Shown: positions 47,960 through 55,762, counted from the first letter of the stretch. The stretch is DNA of 63,997 nucleotides from Pyrinomonadaceae bacterium (GCA_035432765.1 DAORTR010000001.1:1-63997); one strand, 5' to 3'. Notes: a model not told the origin generated them from the sequence alone. Made by a program: numbers and translations.

Positions 47960-48078
47960 TTTCCTTCTCCCTTTTTTTTCTCTCTGCCTTCTACGATCTG
48001 CCCGATCTGAAACGCCGCGAGCAGAGCGGCAAGCGATAGCAGCACTATCGCGATCACGGTGTCGACATCGAAATTCAT
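47956..48078 (-). CDS. 40-aa single-TM peptide
   Basis: MNFDVDTVIAIVLLSLAALLAAFQIGQIVEGREKKKGEGK. The ATG directly follows the upstream TAA, and the stop overlaps the next ATG (ATGA). It is not in the supplied ORF track because it is under 60 aa. Confidence 0.45.
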   Translation of the reverse strand: MNFDVDTVIAIVLLSLAALLAAFQIGQIVEGREKKKGEGK

Positions 48079-48840
48079 TTAGGCTGCCCTCCGCTGCGTT
48101 CGGAATGGGAACGATTCGCCGTATGCTCGATAGAGTTGTTCGAGGAGTTCGCTGATATGATCCAGATCGCCCTCGGCTCGTTCGGCCTTGAGGTCGCCCG
48201 GCAGATCTTTGACCTCGGCGATGAACACAAGGAACGCCTCGACGGCCCGCAAATACGCGACGACATACGCCGGTTTTTCGTCGAGTTCCGCAAGCTCGGC
48301 TTTCAGCTTCTTGTGCTCGTCAGCGATCCTTTCGAGTCGAGCGATCTCCTTGTCGGACTTTGATATCTGCCCTTCGGCGGCGATCTTATCGCGGACAAGC
48401 TGCTCGACAATGGTTTTGATCGAACCGCCGTTCGTGAGGCTTACGCGTTCAGAGCCGGCGACAACTACCTCGTCGCCGTCGATCGCGATGTCGCCGGACG
48501 AAAGCCTGCGTCGCAGCGTCGCCGGGATCTTCAGTTCATTAAACAGGTCATATTGCTCAACGCCCTCGGCGAGATAAAGCTTCTCTTCGCGGTAAAAGGT
48601 GTCGCGTTTGAACGGCGACATCGGCGAATCGAGAAACTCATCCATGCTCGAAAAGCCGAAATGTTGGTATCGCCTGTCGTCTCGCACCGCTTGGCAAAAT
48701 CGAACAAGATCCGATTTCGCGGATTGGTGGGCGTGGTTCGCGTATCTCGCCGCGCCAAGCATCAGGAATGAAGTTGTGACCGCGTCGACGGCAGTCGCAT
48801 CGTTGTTTTGAATTACAAGTTGATCGCTCTTTTTTTTCAT
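48079..48840 (-). CDS. hypothetical early protein with C-terminal coiled coil
   Basis: 253 aa from MKKKSDQLV..., with GGAG 8 nt upstream. The longer ORF prefix looks non-coding. Confidence 0.55.
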   Translation of the reverse strand: MKKKSDQLVIQNNDATAVDAVTTSFLMLGAARYANHAHQSAKSDLVRFCQAVRDDRRYQHFGFSSMDEFLDSPMSPFKRDTFYREEKLYLAEGVEQYDLFNELKIPATLRRRLSSGDIAIDGDEVVVAGSERVSLTNGGSIKTIVEQLVRDKIAAEGQISKSDKEIARLERIADEHKKLKAELAELDEKPAYVVAYLRAVEAFLVFIAEVKDLPGDLKAERAEGDLDHISELLEQLYRAYGESFPFRTQRRAA

Positions 48841-48940
48841 ATTCGTCTCCGCCCCTTTGAGAGTCAGCGGCCTCTTAAGTCCTTTATTTCCAACAAAGCG
48901 TGTCTCTTTCGTCTCCGATAATCGGAGACGGATGGTGTTT

Positions 48941-49156
48941 TTAGGCGGCGGTCGGCGTGTTTCGCCGACGGGCATTTTGGGCGATTTCAAACAGCCGATT
49001 CGTCGTTCGGATGATCCGTGCCCGCGTGTGCTTGAGTTTGATCTCCTCGCGTCCGTCGATCCGTCCGTCATCGAATGCGTCCAGGAAGTCCTCGCCGCCC
49101 GCAAGCATTTCGCGGACGGCTCGTCCGCAGACCCCGAGCAACGTCAAATCCGTCAT
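48941..49156 (-). CDS. C-terminal-like half of a CII-type regulator (separate frame)
   Basis: 71 aa: LLGVCGRAVREMLAGGEDFLDAFDDGRIDGREEIKL.... This resembles the C-terminal part of phage CII (CP76-type) regulators. It overlaps the 3' end of the upstream ORF in the +1 frame. Confidence 0.4.
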   Translation of the reverse strand: MTDLTLLGVCGRAVREMLAGGEDFLDAFDDGRIDGREEIKLKHTRARIIRTTNRLFEIAQNARRRNTPTAA

Positions 49157-49460
49157 CTGTCTCGATCGGCGTCACGTCGCAAAGGCTCACGATCGCCATT
49201 GCGAGGGCGTTGGACTCGAATTGTTTGCAGAAAACCGGGATCAGCAGACTGGGTATGTCCGTCTTCCCGGACCGGTAGTTATAGAGCTGGCGCTCATCGA
49301 GCCCCGTAAATCCCGCGAGCTTCGTCATCACCGTTCCGATCTCAAGCCCTTTTTCGACCGCAAGGCGTTTGATCTCGGCGTCGAACGTCAACGCGACCAG
49401 CGAATGTGTTTCAGGAGTTGCCGGCGGCACCAGCCGCATCCCCTTGTTTTTAGTCTCCAT
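49068..49460 (-). CDS. HTH regulator, CII-like N-terminal part
   Basis: 130 aa. HTH-like IGTVMTKLAGFTGLDERQLYNYRSGK. The last 25 or so residues are Arg-rich and look out of frame. Confidence 0.5.
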   Translation of the reverse strand: METKNKGMRLVPPATPETHSLVALTFDAEIKRLAVEKGLEIGTVMTKLAGFTGLDERQLYNYRSGKTDIPSLLIPVFCKQFESNALAMAIVSLCDVTPIETDDGFDVARGLRTSRPRNACGRRGLPGRIR

Positions 49461-49518
49461 GTTTCAATTTCCTCCATTTTTTGAAATCCACTCGCCTCTC
49501 GGTTCGTGTTAATAATAA

Positions 49519-49848
49519 TTAGACCGTCGTATAGAACTCTTGCGGTGGCCGTTGCGGCATCGCAATGAACCGCCTTGAATTGATCGCTTCGTCAAACCAC
49601 TCGGCGGACGGTGGATCGTCGGCTTTTAGCCTTCGGTCGTCGGCTGCCCTGTGGTGTCGTCGAAGATTGGCGTAAATTTCCGGTGTGATCCTGTAATCGA
49701 AGCGGAGTGTTTGCTCGCCGCAACGAAGCGTTACAAACCACCAAGGCTCCGCTAACCAAGAGACCCACGACTCTTCAAATTTGCTGAACTCTATGGCCGA
49801 CACATCAAGCCGAATCATTCGTATCGGGGTTCTGAATTCCTTCTTCAT
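49519..49848 (-). CDS. hypothetical early protein
   Basis: 109 aa from MKKEFRTPIRMI.... Begins 4 nt after the Ner-like stop. Confidence 0.5.
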   Translation of the reverse strand: MKKEFRTPIRMIRLDVSAIEFSKFEESWVSWLAEPWWFVTLRCGEQTLRFDYRITPEIYANLRRHHRAADDRRLKADDPPSAEWFDEAINSRRFIAMPQRPPQEFYTTV

Positions 49849-49852
49849 AGCT

Positions 49853-50092
49853 CTAGGCCGCTTGTCGCGTTCGCATTGGGCGCAAATGAATTGGGCGTTC
49901 AAGTCGAAGTCCGACCTGTTCGAAAACCTTGTCGGCAAGCGTCGGATAGAACCTTCGGCCATTGATCATGTCCGTTATCATCGAGCGAAGACTCGCCTCC
50001 GTCGCGTCCGAATCGGCCGCGAGACGCCGAGCAATTTCAGCAACTGTCAACTCGTGATTGATCAGGAAAATTTTTGCTTTCTTGTCGTTCAT
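49853..50092 (-). CDS. small HTH DNA-binding protein in the Ner/Cro position
   Basis: 79 aa, HTH-like LTVAEIARRLAA. It is the first gene of the early arm and is divergent from the repressor. Confidence 0.55.
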   Translation of the reverse strand: MNDKKAKIFLINHELTVAEIARRLAADSDATEASLRSMITDMINGRRFYPTLADKVFEQVGLRLERPIHLRPMRTRQAA

Positions 50093-50278
50093 AATGTATC
50101 GTGTGCTTACAGGTGTAAGCGTTTGTGTCCGTCCGACACAGTCATTTGCCGCCGATACGCCTTTACTCTTGGCGATCTTGATGACGAAACGGCTTCAGGC
50201 AGAATTGCGTCATTTGTACTGCTTGCTTTATCAACTTCGTTTAGCAAGCAAATAAAGGATAATGTAGGTCAATGACAT
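50093..50278. promoter_or_regulatory. divergent immunity control region with several inverted repeats (candidate operators/promoters)
   Basis: Repeats seen by eye: GCTTACA-GG-TGTAAGC, GTGTC-CGTCC-GACAC, TGCTTGCT-N18-AGCAAGCA, and repeated (A/T)TGTCA/ATGACA motifs near the repressor start. Confidence 0.55.
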
Positions 50279-50293
50279 TTGTCAACACAAATA

Positions 50294-50686
50294 ATGTCAG
50301 TTGGTGAAAAGATTCGCGAGGCAAGGAAACGTGGCGGCTACACGCTGAAGGAGGTCGGCTCAAGAATTGGCGTTGCTCATTCATCGTTATCCCAAATCGA
50401 GACGGGCACGAATCAGCCAAGCAAGCAAATTTTGATAAGCTTAGCTCGCGTCCTTGGAGACAACTTCGGCCTTGACTGGCTTACGGAACACGTCGACGGA
50501 GCAGCGCCGACTCCGTCGAAAAAAGAGATTGCTCGGGAGCTAAGCGTTCAAGAATTGATCAGTCTGAAATTTGGTGGTGGCGGCGAAACAAGGACGAGGG
50601 CGCAGTTGCGGGCTCTGGCACAACTTCTCGACGCCGAGATCGAGAAAGAGCAACGAATAATGAGCTACCCTGTCCGAAAAAGATGA
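50294..50686 (+). CDS. XRE-family repressor
   Basis: MSVGEKIREARKRGGYTLKEVGSRIGVAHSSLSQIETG HTH_3 motif. Divergent from the early arm. Confidence 0.85.
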   Translation: MSVGEKIREARKRGGYTLKEVGSRIGVAHSSLSQIETGTNQPSKQILISLARVLGDNFGLDWLTEHVDGAAPTPSKKEIARELSVQELISLKFGGGGETRTRAQLRALAQLLDAEIEKEQRIMSYPVRKR

Positions 50687-50687
50687 A

Positions 50688-51122
50688 ATGTCGGCCATTC
50701 TCACAAGCCTAATTAAAAAGCGTCTCCCTGATTGGAACACTCGTGTTTTCGGGATGAAGGACTTCGAGCAGATTTGCTTGCACGAGCGAATATTGTTCGT
50801 CGAAGGGATCGGCCGTAAGCACAAGGGTGAGTTCGTCCCTCTCGCAAATCGCAATGCCATTCTCCTGAGGGCCGGTCTCGCCGAAGGTGAGCGTCGATGG
50901 GTTGCATTTCACGAACTTGGGCATTATTTTCTGCATGCAGCCGCTCATCGCTTCAGTCGTTCCGAACAACGACGTATGGATCGTGAAGCGAACATTTTCG
51001 CCGCTGTCGCATTACTACCGACTCATCTACTTCGGCGCGATGAACAGATTATGCTTGACGGATACTACCCTAGAGAGTTAGCGCGGATTCGATTTAACAT
51101 CTTAAAAGAATACGGTTTATGA
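50688..51122 (+). CDS. ImmA/IrrE-family metallopeptidase
   Basis: HELGHYFLH zinc motif (HExxH). Starts 1 nt after the repressor stop. Confidence 0.85.
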   Translation: MSAILTSLIKKRLPDWNTRVFGMKDFEQICLHERILFVEGIGRKHKGEFVPLANRNAILLRAGLAEGERRWVAFHELGHYFLHAAAHRFSRSEQRRMDREANIFAAVALLPTHLLRRDEQIMLDGYYPRELARIRFNILKEYGL

Positions 51123-51715
51123 GCACATTGTCAGAGATCTTCGGCATTCTCAAGCGGTATCCGCGGACGGCGGTTGTTGGCGGTTTGTTTCTGATTTTGA
51201 TCGCATTCTTGGGTTATCAGCTAGTCCAAAGCGAGGCACATCAAGCGAGCATCGAAAGGCAGAATGAGGACAATCGACGGACCGACGAGATATTGAAAGC
51301 CCGCGACCCCGCCGCCCGTCAGCCTATTAAACGAGCGTCACCGGACGCCACGCCATGGCCGGAATCAGCAACTATCGAGCCGTCAAACGGTGCGCCGAAA
51401 GTAGATGCGACTGATCCCGACGGAAACGACCGTATTGTGGCCATGGCAATCGCGAAGCGAACGCGACAAGATGCTGACGAGATTCTCGCTTCGGCGATGA
51501 CGTACACTCGAAAGACCAATGACATCGGCCGTTCGGAAAGACCTCTGTCACGCGCCGAGTTCCTTTACCTTATTACAGTTATCGTTGATGGGGTTGAGAA
51601 GGAACCGAAGCTAAGGAAGCGTTTTACGGTCGATCAGAACGGGAAATACGATTTCGATCAACTCGCAACTGCCGCCTTCCTGATGGCAATGTCATCGAGA
51701 GCGGCTCCTAAATAG
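51119..51715 (+). CDS. membrane-anchored hypothetical protein (third gene of the immunity operon)
   Basis: 198 aa with an N-terminal TM segment (TAVVGGLFLILIAFLGYQLV). ATGA overlap with the ImmA gene. Confidence 0.6.
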   Translation: MSTLSEIFGILKRYPRTAVVGGLFLILIAFLGYQLVQSEAHQASIERQNEDNRRTDEILKARDPAARQPIKRASPDATPWPESATIEPSNGAPKVDATDPDGNDRIVAMAIAKRTRQDADEILASAMTYTRKTNDIGRSERPLSRAEFLYLITVIVDGVEKEPKLRKRFTVDQNGKYDFDQLATAAFLMAMSSRAAPK

Positions 51716-51718
51716 CCG

Positions 51719-51925
51719 CTACTGCTTTCGCGGGCGGCCGACTTTGATCTCGTCGATGTTTTTCAGGTCGGATTCAGCGATCTCCCAATAACTACCCAAT
51801 GGCGTTTCGATCTTGCGGGCATTCGGTAGTTTTCCGGTTCGACACCATTTGGTCAACGTGGACTTCGCCGCTCCGCTAATATCCGACGCTTCACGTATCG
51901 TCAGCCATTTGCCTCTTGCTTTCAT
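51719..51925 (-). CDS. excisionase/AlpA-type HTH protein
   Basis: 68 aa. WLTIREASDISGAAKSTLTKWCRTGKLP. Confidence 0.65.
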   Translation of the reverse strand: MKARGKWLTIREASDISGAAKSTLTKWCRTGKLPNARKIETPLGSYWEIAESDLKNIDEIKVGRPRKQ

Positions 51926-52037
51926 ACAAATTGCAAAAACATAGTGACTCGGCTACATTTCCATAAAACAGGACAAGCCCGGCGAACCGCTGTCGCCGGG
52001 CTTGTTGATACCTTCCCCAAAGATGGAGAATTACAAA

Positions 52038-52220
52038 ATGTCAGACAATTCTAACACGAATCCTATCGGCGACGAGTCTCGCCGGCTGCACATCGTCCTC
52101 GGCATTGAGGAAGTGAACGAGATGCTCGCAACGCTAAAGATCCCTCTTCCGGACGCCGCCGAGCTTGATGAGATCAGCATAACGGTCTGCGCAAGCGACA
52201 TTCACGATCTCGGCACTTGA
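52038..52220 (+). CDS. small acidic hypothetical protein
   Basis: 60 aa from MSDNSNT..., with GGAG 10 nt upstream. Confidence 0.45.
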   Translation: MSDNSNTNPIGDESRRLHIVLGIEEVNEMLATLKIPLPDAAELDEISITVCASDIHDLGT

Positions 52221-52275
52221 AATTGCTGCCGATCACACGCTACTGTGTGTGCCTTTCGCGGGGAGAGGTGAACTT

Positions 52276-53076
52276 ATGCAGCGTCCGATCGCAAATCCCG
52301 TCCTTAAATATTACGGCGGCAAGTTCCGACTTGCCCGTTGGGTTATTTCCCATTTCCCAAGGCACGAGTCCTACGTCGAGCCGTTCGGCGGCGGCGGCAG
52401 CGTCCTCTTTCAAAAGGAACCGTCACGCCTTGAGACCTACAACGATCTCGATGGCGACGTGTGTAATTTTTTCCGCGTCCTACGGGATCGAGCCGACGAG
52501 CTTGTGCGGTCGATCCGCCTAACGCCGTGGTCGCGTGAGGAGTTCGAGGTCTGTTTGACCGCCGCCGAAGACCCGCTTGAGCAAGCCCGTCGGCTTTTCT
52601 TTCGGTTGAAGATGAGTATGCACGGCGGCACTCGCGCGATCGCTTCGAATTTTCGCAGGCACAAATCCCGCGACTCTCCGGTTGCCGGGATCAAACCGCA
52701 GGTGATCTACGACGCGGCAAAGCGGCTCTCGCTTGTCCAGATCGAGAATCGGGACGCCGCTCGTTTGATCGCAGATATGGACTCGCCCTCGACGCTCTTT
52801 TATCTCGACCCACCGTATGTTACGGCAACTCGTACCGACAAGAACCGGTACACGCACGAGCTTGACGACGACGCTCACCGCAGGCTCGCCGCGACGCTAG
52901 ACGGCGTTAAAGGGATGGTTGTGTTGAGCGGCTATGCGTCCGATCTCTATCGTTCGCTTTTTGAGGATCGCGGCTGGCGCCGCGTCGATACCGAGACGAC
53001 GGCCAACGGCGGCGTCAAGCGACGTGAGAGTCTGTGGCTCTCGCCGCGCACGTTGGCCGCTCTTGACTGTGGCTGA
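52276..53076 (+). CDS. Dam-like N6-adenine DNA methyltransferase (D12 class)
   Basis: YYGGK, EPFGGGGSV (motif I) and FYLDPPYV (motif IV). Good SD (GGGAGAGG). Confidence 0.85.
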   Translation: MQRPIANPVLKYYGGKFRLARWVISHFPRHESYVEPFGGGGSVLFQKEPSRLETYNDLDGDVCNFFRVLRDRADELVRSIRLTPWSREEFEVCLTAAEDPLEQARRLFFRLKMSMHGGTRAIASNFRRHKSRDSPVAGIKPQVIYDAAKRLSLVQIENRDAARLIADMDSPSTLFYLDPPYVTATRTDKNRYTHELDDDAHRRLAATLDGVKGMVVLSGYASDLYRSLFEDRGWRRVDTETTANGGVKRRESLWLSPRTLAALDCG

Positions 53077-53210
53077 TCCGACATACATTATTCTTGCGAA
53101 TTTTGCACGATTAGATTAGAGTAAGTCCGTGCGTTGACGACAAAACGAGCGACGCTTTGCGAGGCGCTGAGACGCCCGGACGAACCTGAAAACATTTAGA
53201 GGCTCTGCGA

Positions 53211-53256
53211 AGCCCATGATCCGTAAATCACGCGGATCGTGGGCTTTTTCTTTTTC
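53211..53256 (+). terminator. strong intrinsic terminator between the methylase and the lysis genes
   Basis: AGCCCAUGAUCCG-UAAAUCAC-..CGGAUCGUGGGCU forms a 13-bp stem (one G.U pair) followed by UUUUCUUUUUCCCC. Confidence 0.8.
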
Positions 53257-53271
53257 CCCGATCAAACAAAA

Positions 53272-53844
53272 ATGGCGAACGTAAAGAACTACACCGACAA
53301 ACAGATATACGACCGCGTTTCGCAACTCGCGTCGTTTCGCGGTTTTCCACGCGGCGTTCTCGACGTTTGGGTACGTTCGGACGAGGACGAGTTCGATCGA
53401 TTCGATGACAAGGTTTACACGTTCGACGGCTCGTCCGGCGAAATGAAATTCATCTCCGTCGCATCGGGGACGACGAACGCCGGGGCCGAGGGTTTGAAGC
53501 ATTTCGACAAGTACAACCGTCTGGGTTGTGCGATTTTGAAAAGTGACGAGATCGTTTACGACTCGCACATCTACGGACTGCACAAGGGCAAGTATCCTGC
53601 ATACCGGCAGAATCGTCCGTTTCCCTATTTTCGGGACAACAACAAGAACGACCGTGTCGAGGAGATCGGCAAGGTCTATTACGACGTCATCGGTGCCAAC
53701 TGTCATCGTGCCGGTTGGTACTCGACGCGGATCGGCGGCTGGTCCACAGCGTGTCTGGTCCGCAATCAACGGCAGCAGTTCGATGACTGGATGAAATTTA
53801 TGAACCGCAGGCCGCTTACGGTCTGCATTTTGAAGGAATGGTAA
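53272..53844 (+). CDS. candidate endolysin / cell-wall hydrolase (YkuD-like His...Cys signature)
   Basis: 190 aa directly upstream of the holin-like gene. NCHRAGWYSTRIGGWSTACLVR resembles the L,D-transpeptidase-fold H-x(n)-(S/T)xxC(I/L/V)R catalytic motif. Confidence 0.5.
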   Translation: MANVKNYTDKQIYDRVSQLASFRGFPRGVLDVWVRSDEDEFDRFDDKVYTFDGSSGEMKFISVASGTTNAGAEGLKHFDKYNRLGCAILKSDEIVYDSHIYGLHKGKYPAYRQNRPFPYFRDNNKNDRVEEIGKVYYDVIGANCHRAGWYSTRIGGWSTACLVRNQRQQFDDWMKFMNRRPLTVCILKEW

Positions 53845-54176
53845 CACTTATGTCAACAATTTTACTTGCACTTTCGTTCGTTCTGGCGGCAAGCTTTTTC
53901 ACGCCTGAAAATCTTGTTACGACACTCGTCGGCTTTATCGCCGCGACCGGCATCATTCAGTGGATCAAGGTTCAAACCGGTCTCGCCGGCGTCGGGGCAC
54001 TGTTTCTCGCGATGGTTATCTCGGTTCTGGTCGCTGCTGCGTCCGTGCTCGTCTCGGCGTTCTTTTCGGGGACGATCGGCTGGGACACGCTCCCGCAGGC
54101 CGCTCTGCAAATTTTTGCACTCGCCACGATCGCGTACAAGCTCATCGTAGGCATCAATTCCGAGCCGCTGCGATAG
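53838..54176 (+). CDS. holin-like membrane protein
   Basis: 112 aa with three hydrophobic helices. Overlaps the endolysin-candidate stop. Confidence 0.6.
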   Translation: MVTLMSTILLALSFVLAASFFTPENLVTTLVGFIAATGIIQWIKVQTGLAGVGALFLAMVISVLVAAASVLVSAFFSGTIGWDTLPQAALQIFALATIAYKLIVGINSEPLR

Positions 54177-54190
54177 GTTCATTTGATTTG

Positions 54191-54532
54191 ATGATGTGGC
54201 GACCTCTACTTTCATGGCTGCTGAAATTCGTACTCGCACGTTTGGGTGAGGACCTCGATGAGTCTGAACGAACGGCGGTCGCCGAGTACGAAGCAAAGAG
54301 GCAGGCGGTGCTCGACGAACTCGCCGCCGGCGAAAGGGATCTCGCGACGATAACCGCAACGCTGTTTCAAAACGCCGCACGGCGCAGGGCACTCGCCGCC
54401 GAGATCGACACAGCCGCCACGCAGCTCGATCTGATGTCGAAGAAATTGGAGAAAATAAATGAGACTCGCAAAACCGTTATGTCTGATCTTGCTGCTCGCA
54501 GCGATGATGACATGCTGCGTTCCGACTTCTAA
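54191..54532 (+). CDS. membrane-anchored coiled-coil protein (i-spanin-like)
   Basis: 113 aa from MMWRPLLSWLLKFVL, followed by coiled coil. Confidence 0.5.
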   Translation: MMWRPLLSWLLKFVLARLGEDLDESERTAVAEYEAKRQAVLDELAAGERDLATITATLFQNAARRRALAAEIDTAATQLDLMSKKLEKINETRKTVMSDLAARSDDDMLRSDF

Positions 54533-54944
54533 TGCTCAGGCGACCCGCGTCGTCGAAAGCCTGCCGGACGGCTCGTTGATCGTCGAGGTTGCGGGCATCG
54601 AGTACCGTGCGTTGACCGCCGAGCAGATGCGAAAGATTCAGGCGATGAAAGCCGAGCTTAAATTGGTCTCGGACGAGAACGAGACGCTAACGGCATCGAT
54701 TGCCGCTGCGAACGCTAAAGCTGCGGCCCTTAGTCGCAGCGTCGAACTCGCCAACGAGAATGTGTCTTTGAACGAAAAACGTGCGGACGAGTTCCGTCGA
54801 AAGTTCGAGGGCGAGCAGCAGCTGCGGCTCGCGGCTGAAAAACTGATTTCGCGCCCGAACGCGTTGGATCGCTTCTTGAAAAATCCGGCTGTCCAGGTCG
54901 CGATCGTCGCGGTTTCGATCGTCGCCGCCGTGAAGACCAGATAA
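54459..54944 (+). CDS. secreted coiled-coil protein (spanin-like)
   Basis: Signal peptide MRLAKPLCLILLLAAMMTCC. The start is embedded in the 3' end of the preceding gene. C-terminal hydrophobic helix. Confidence 0.5.
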   Translation: MRLAKPLCLILLLAAMMTCCVPTSNAQATRVVESLPDGSLIVEVAGIEYRALTAEQMRKIQAMKAELKLVSDENETLTASIAAANAKAAALSRSVELANENVSLNEKRADEFRRKFEGEQQLRLAAEKLISRPNALDRFLKNPAVQVAIVAVSIVAAVKTR

Positions 54945-54950
54945 TTATCT

Positions 54951-55400
54951 ATGGTGAACCTTCTCCTGCAGGACACGCCGTTGAGCGTCAACTGGACACA
55001 GTTTGGAGTGGCGGGCGGTGCCATTTTCGTTGTCTTTCTCGTTCTCTTTTTTTTACTGAAGATCGCGCCGACGCTCACGGCAACTTGGAAGGAGATAAAA
55101 CTCGCCGAGATCGAAGTTCGGTCAAAGGAGACCGAGGCTCGGACGCAAGAGGCCGAATCGCGGGCACAGCAGGCGCACGGATTTTCGCAGCTTGCGAACG
55201 CACTCTCTCAGATGAGCAGCGTCCTGCACGATGTCGTTATCGAGCAGCGGCACGCAACCGACAAGGTTATGATCCTGCAGCGTGTGAACGCTGATACGAG
55301 CGAGCAGGTGATGGCCTCGATCACCGAATTGACCGATGAGATCGCGGCGATCAAAGACGCTCTCTCATACAAAGTGAAAAATGGAACTCAAGCAAAATAA
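54951..55400 (+). CDS. membrane-anchored coiled-coil protein
   Basis: 149 aa with a TM segment (GGAIFVVFLVLFFLL), followed by coiled coil. Confidence 0.5.
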   Translation: MVNLLLQDTPLSVNWTQFGVAGGAIFVVFLVLFFLLKIAPTLTATWKEIKLAEIEVRSKETEARTQEAESRAQQAHGFSQLANALSQMSSVLHDVVIEQRHATDKVMILQRVNADTSEQVMASITELTDEIAAIKDALSYKVKNGTQAK

Positions 55401-55758
55401 ACTCCGACAACTTGAGATCGGCCGTCGTCGCGGATGGGTCGTCTATCTGGCGTACACGGCGAAGCCGATGCCGCTCACGTTCAACACGCTGATCGAGCTT
55501 CTCGACGCGAGGAATATGCCGCTCACGCATCGGCGTTTCGCCGAGCATCTCGATTTCCTGCGTTCGATCGGCTTTGTGAAGATCTTCCCGATCGCCAATT
55601 CCGTCGAGATATCGAATCTTGAACAAACGAAGATCATCCAGGCGTACTGCGACAACGACGGTGACGGCGGCGACGGATACTGCATCGGCCTGACGACCCG
55701 CGGCATCAATTTTCAGGAAGGCCACTTCGAGGAGACCGGCGTGCTCCGGATGAACTAA
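55381..55758 (+). CDS. hypothetical protein (possible winged-helix)
   Basis: 125-aa ORF upstream of the terminase small subunit. Confidence 0.5.
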   Translation: MELKQNKLRQLEIGRRRGWVVYLAYTAKPMPLTFNTLIELLDARNMPLTHRRFAEHLDFLRSIGFVKIFPIANSVEISNLEQTKIIQAYCDNDGDGGDGYCIGLTTRGINFQEGHFEETGVLRMN

Positions 55759-55762
55759 CGCG

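Noticed and set aside
50093-50278. Two separate prophages abutting head-to-head at the divergent region.
   Set aside because: No copy of the 20-bp end repeat is visible there in either orientation. The left arm lacks lysis, terminase and portal genes. The right arm lacks transposase or integrase, capsid and tail genes within the window. The arms complement each other. This cannot be fully excluded without the downstream sequence.
51719-51925. The excisionase-like HTH gene as evidence for integrase-mediated excision.
   Set aside because: No tyrosine or serine recombinase is present in the window. The protein is more likely a small transcriptional regulator.
51958-51977. Partial match (TCCATAAAACAGGACAAGCC) to the inverted end-repeat consensus TTCATAAAACAATCTGCGCA, considered as an internal transposase site.
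   Set aside because: Only about 13 of 20 positions match, in a single isolated copy, and the conserved TGCGCA half is missing.
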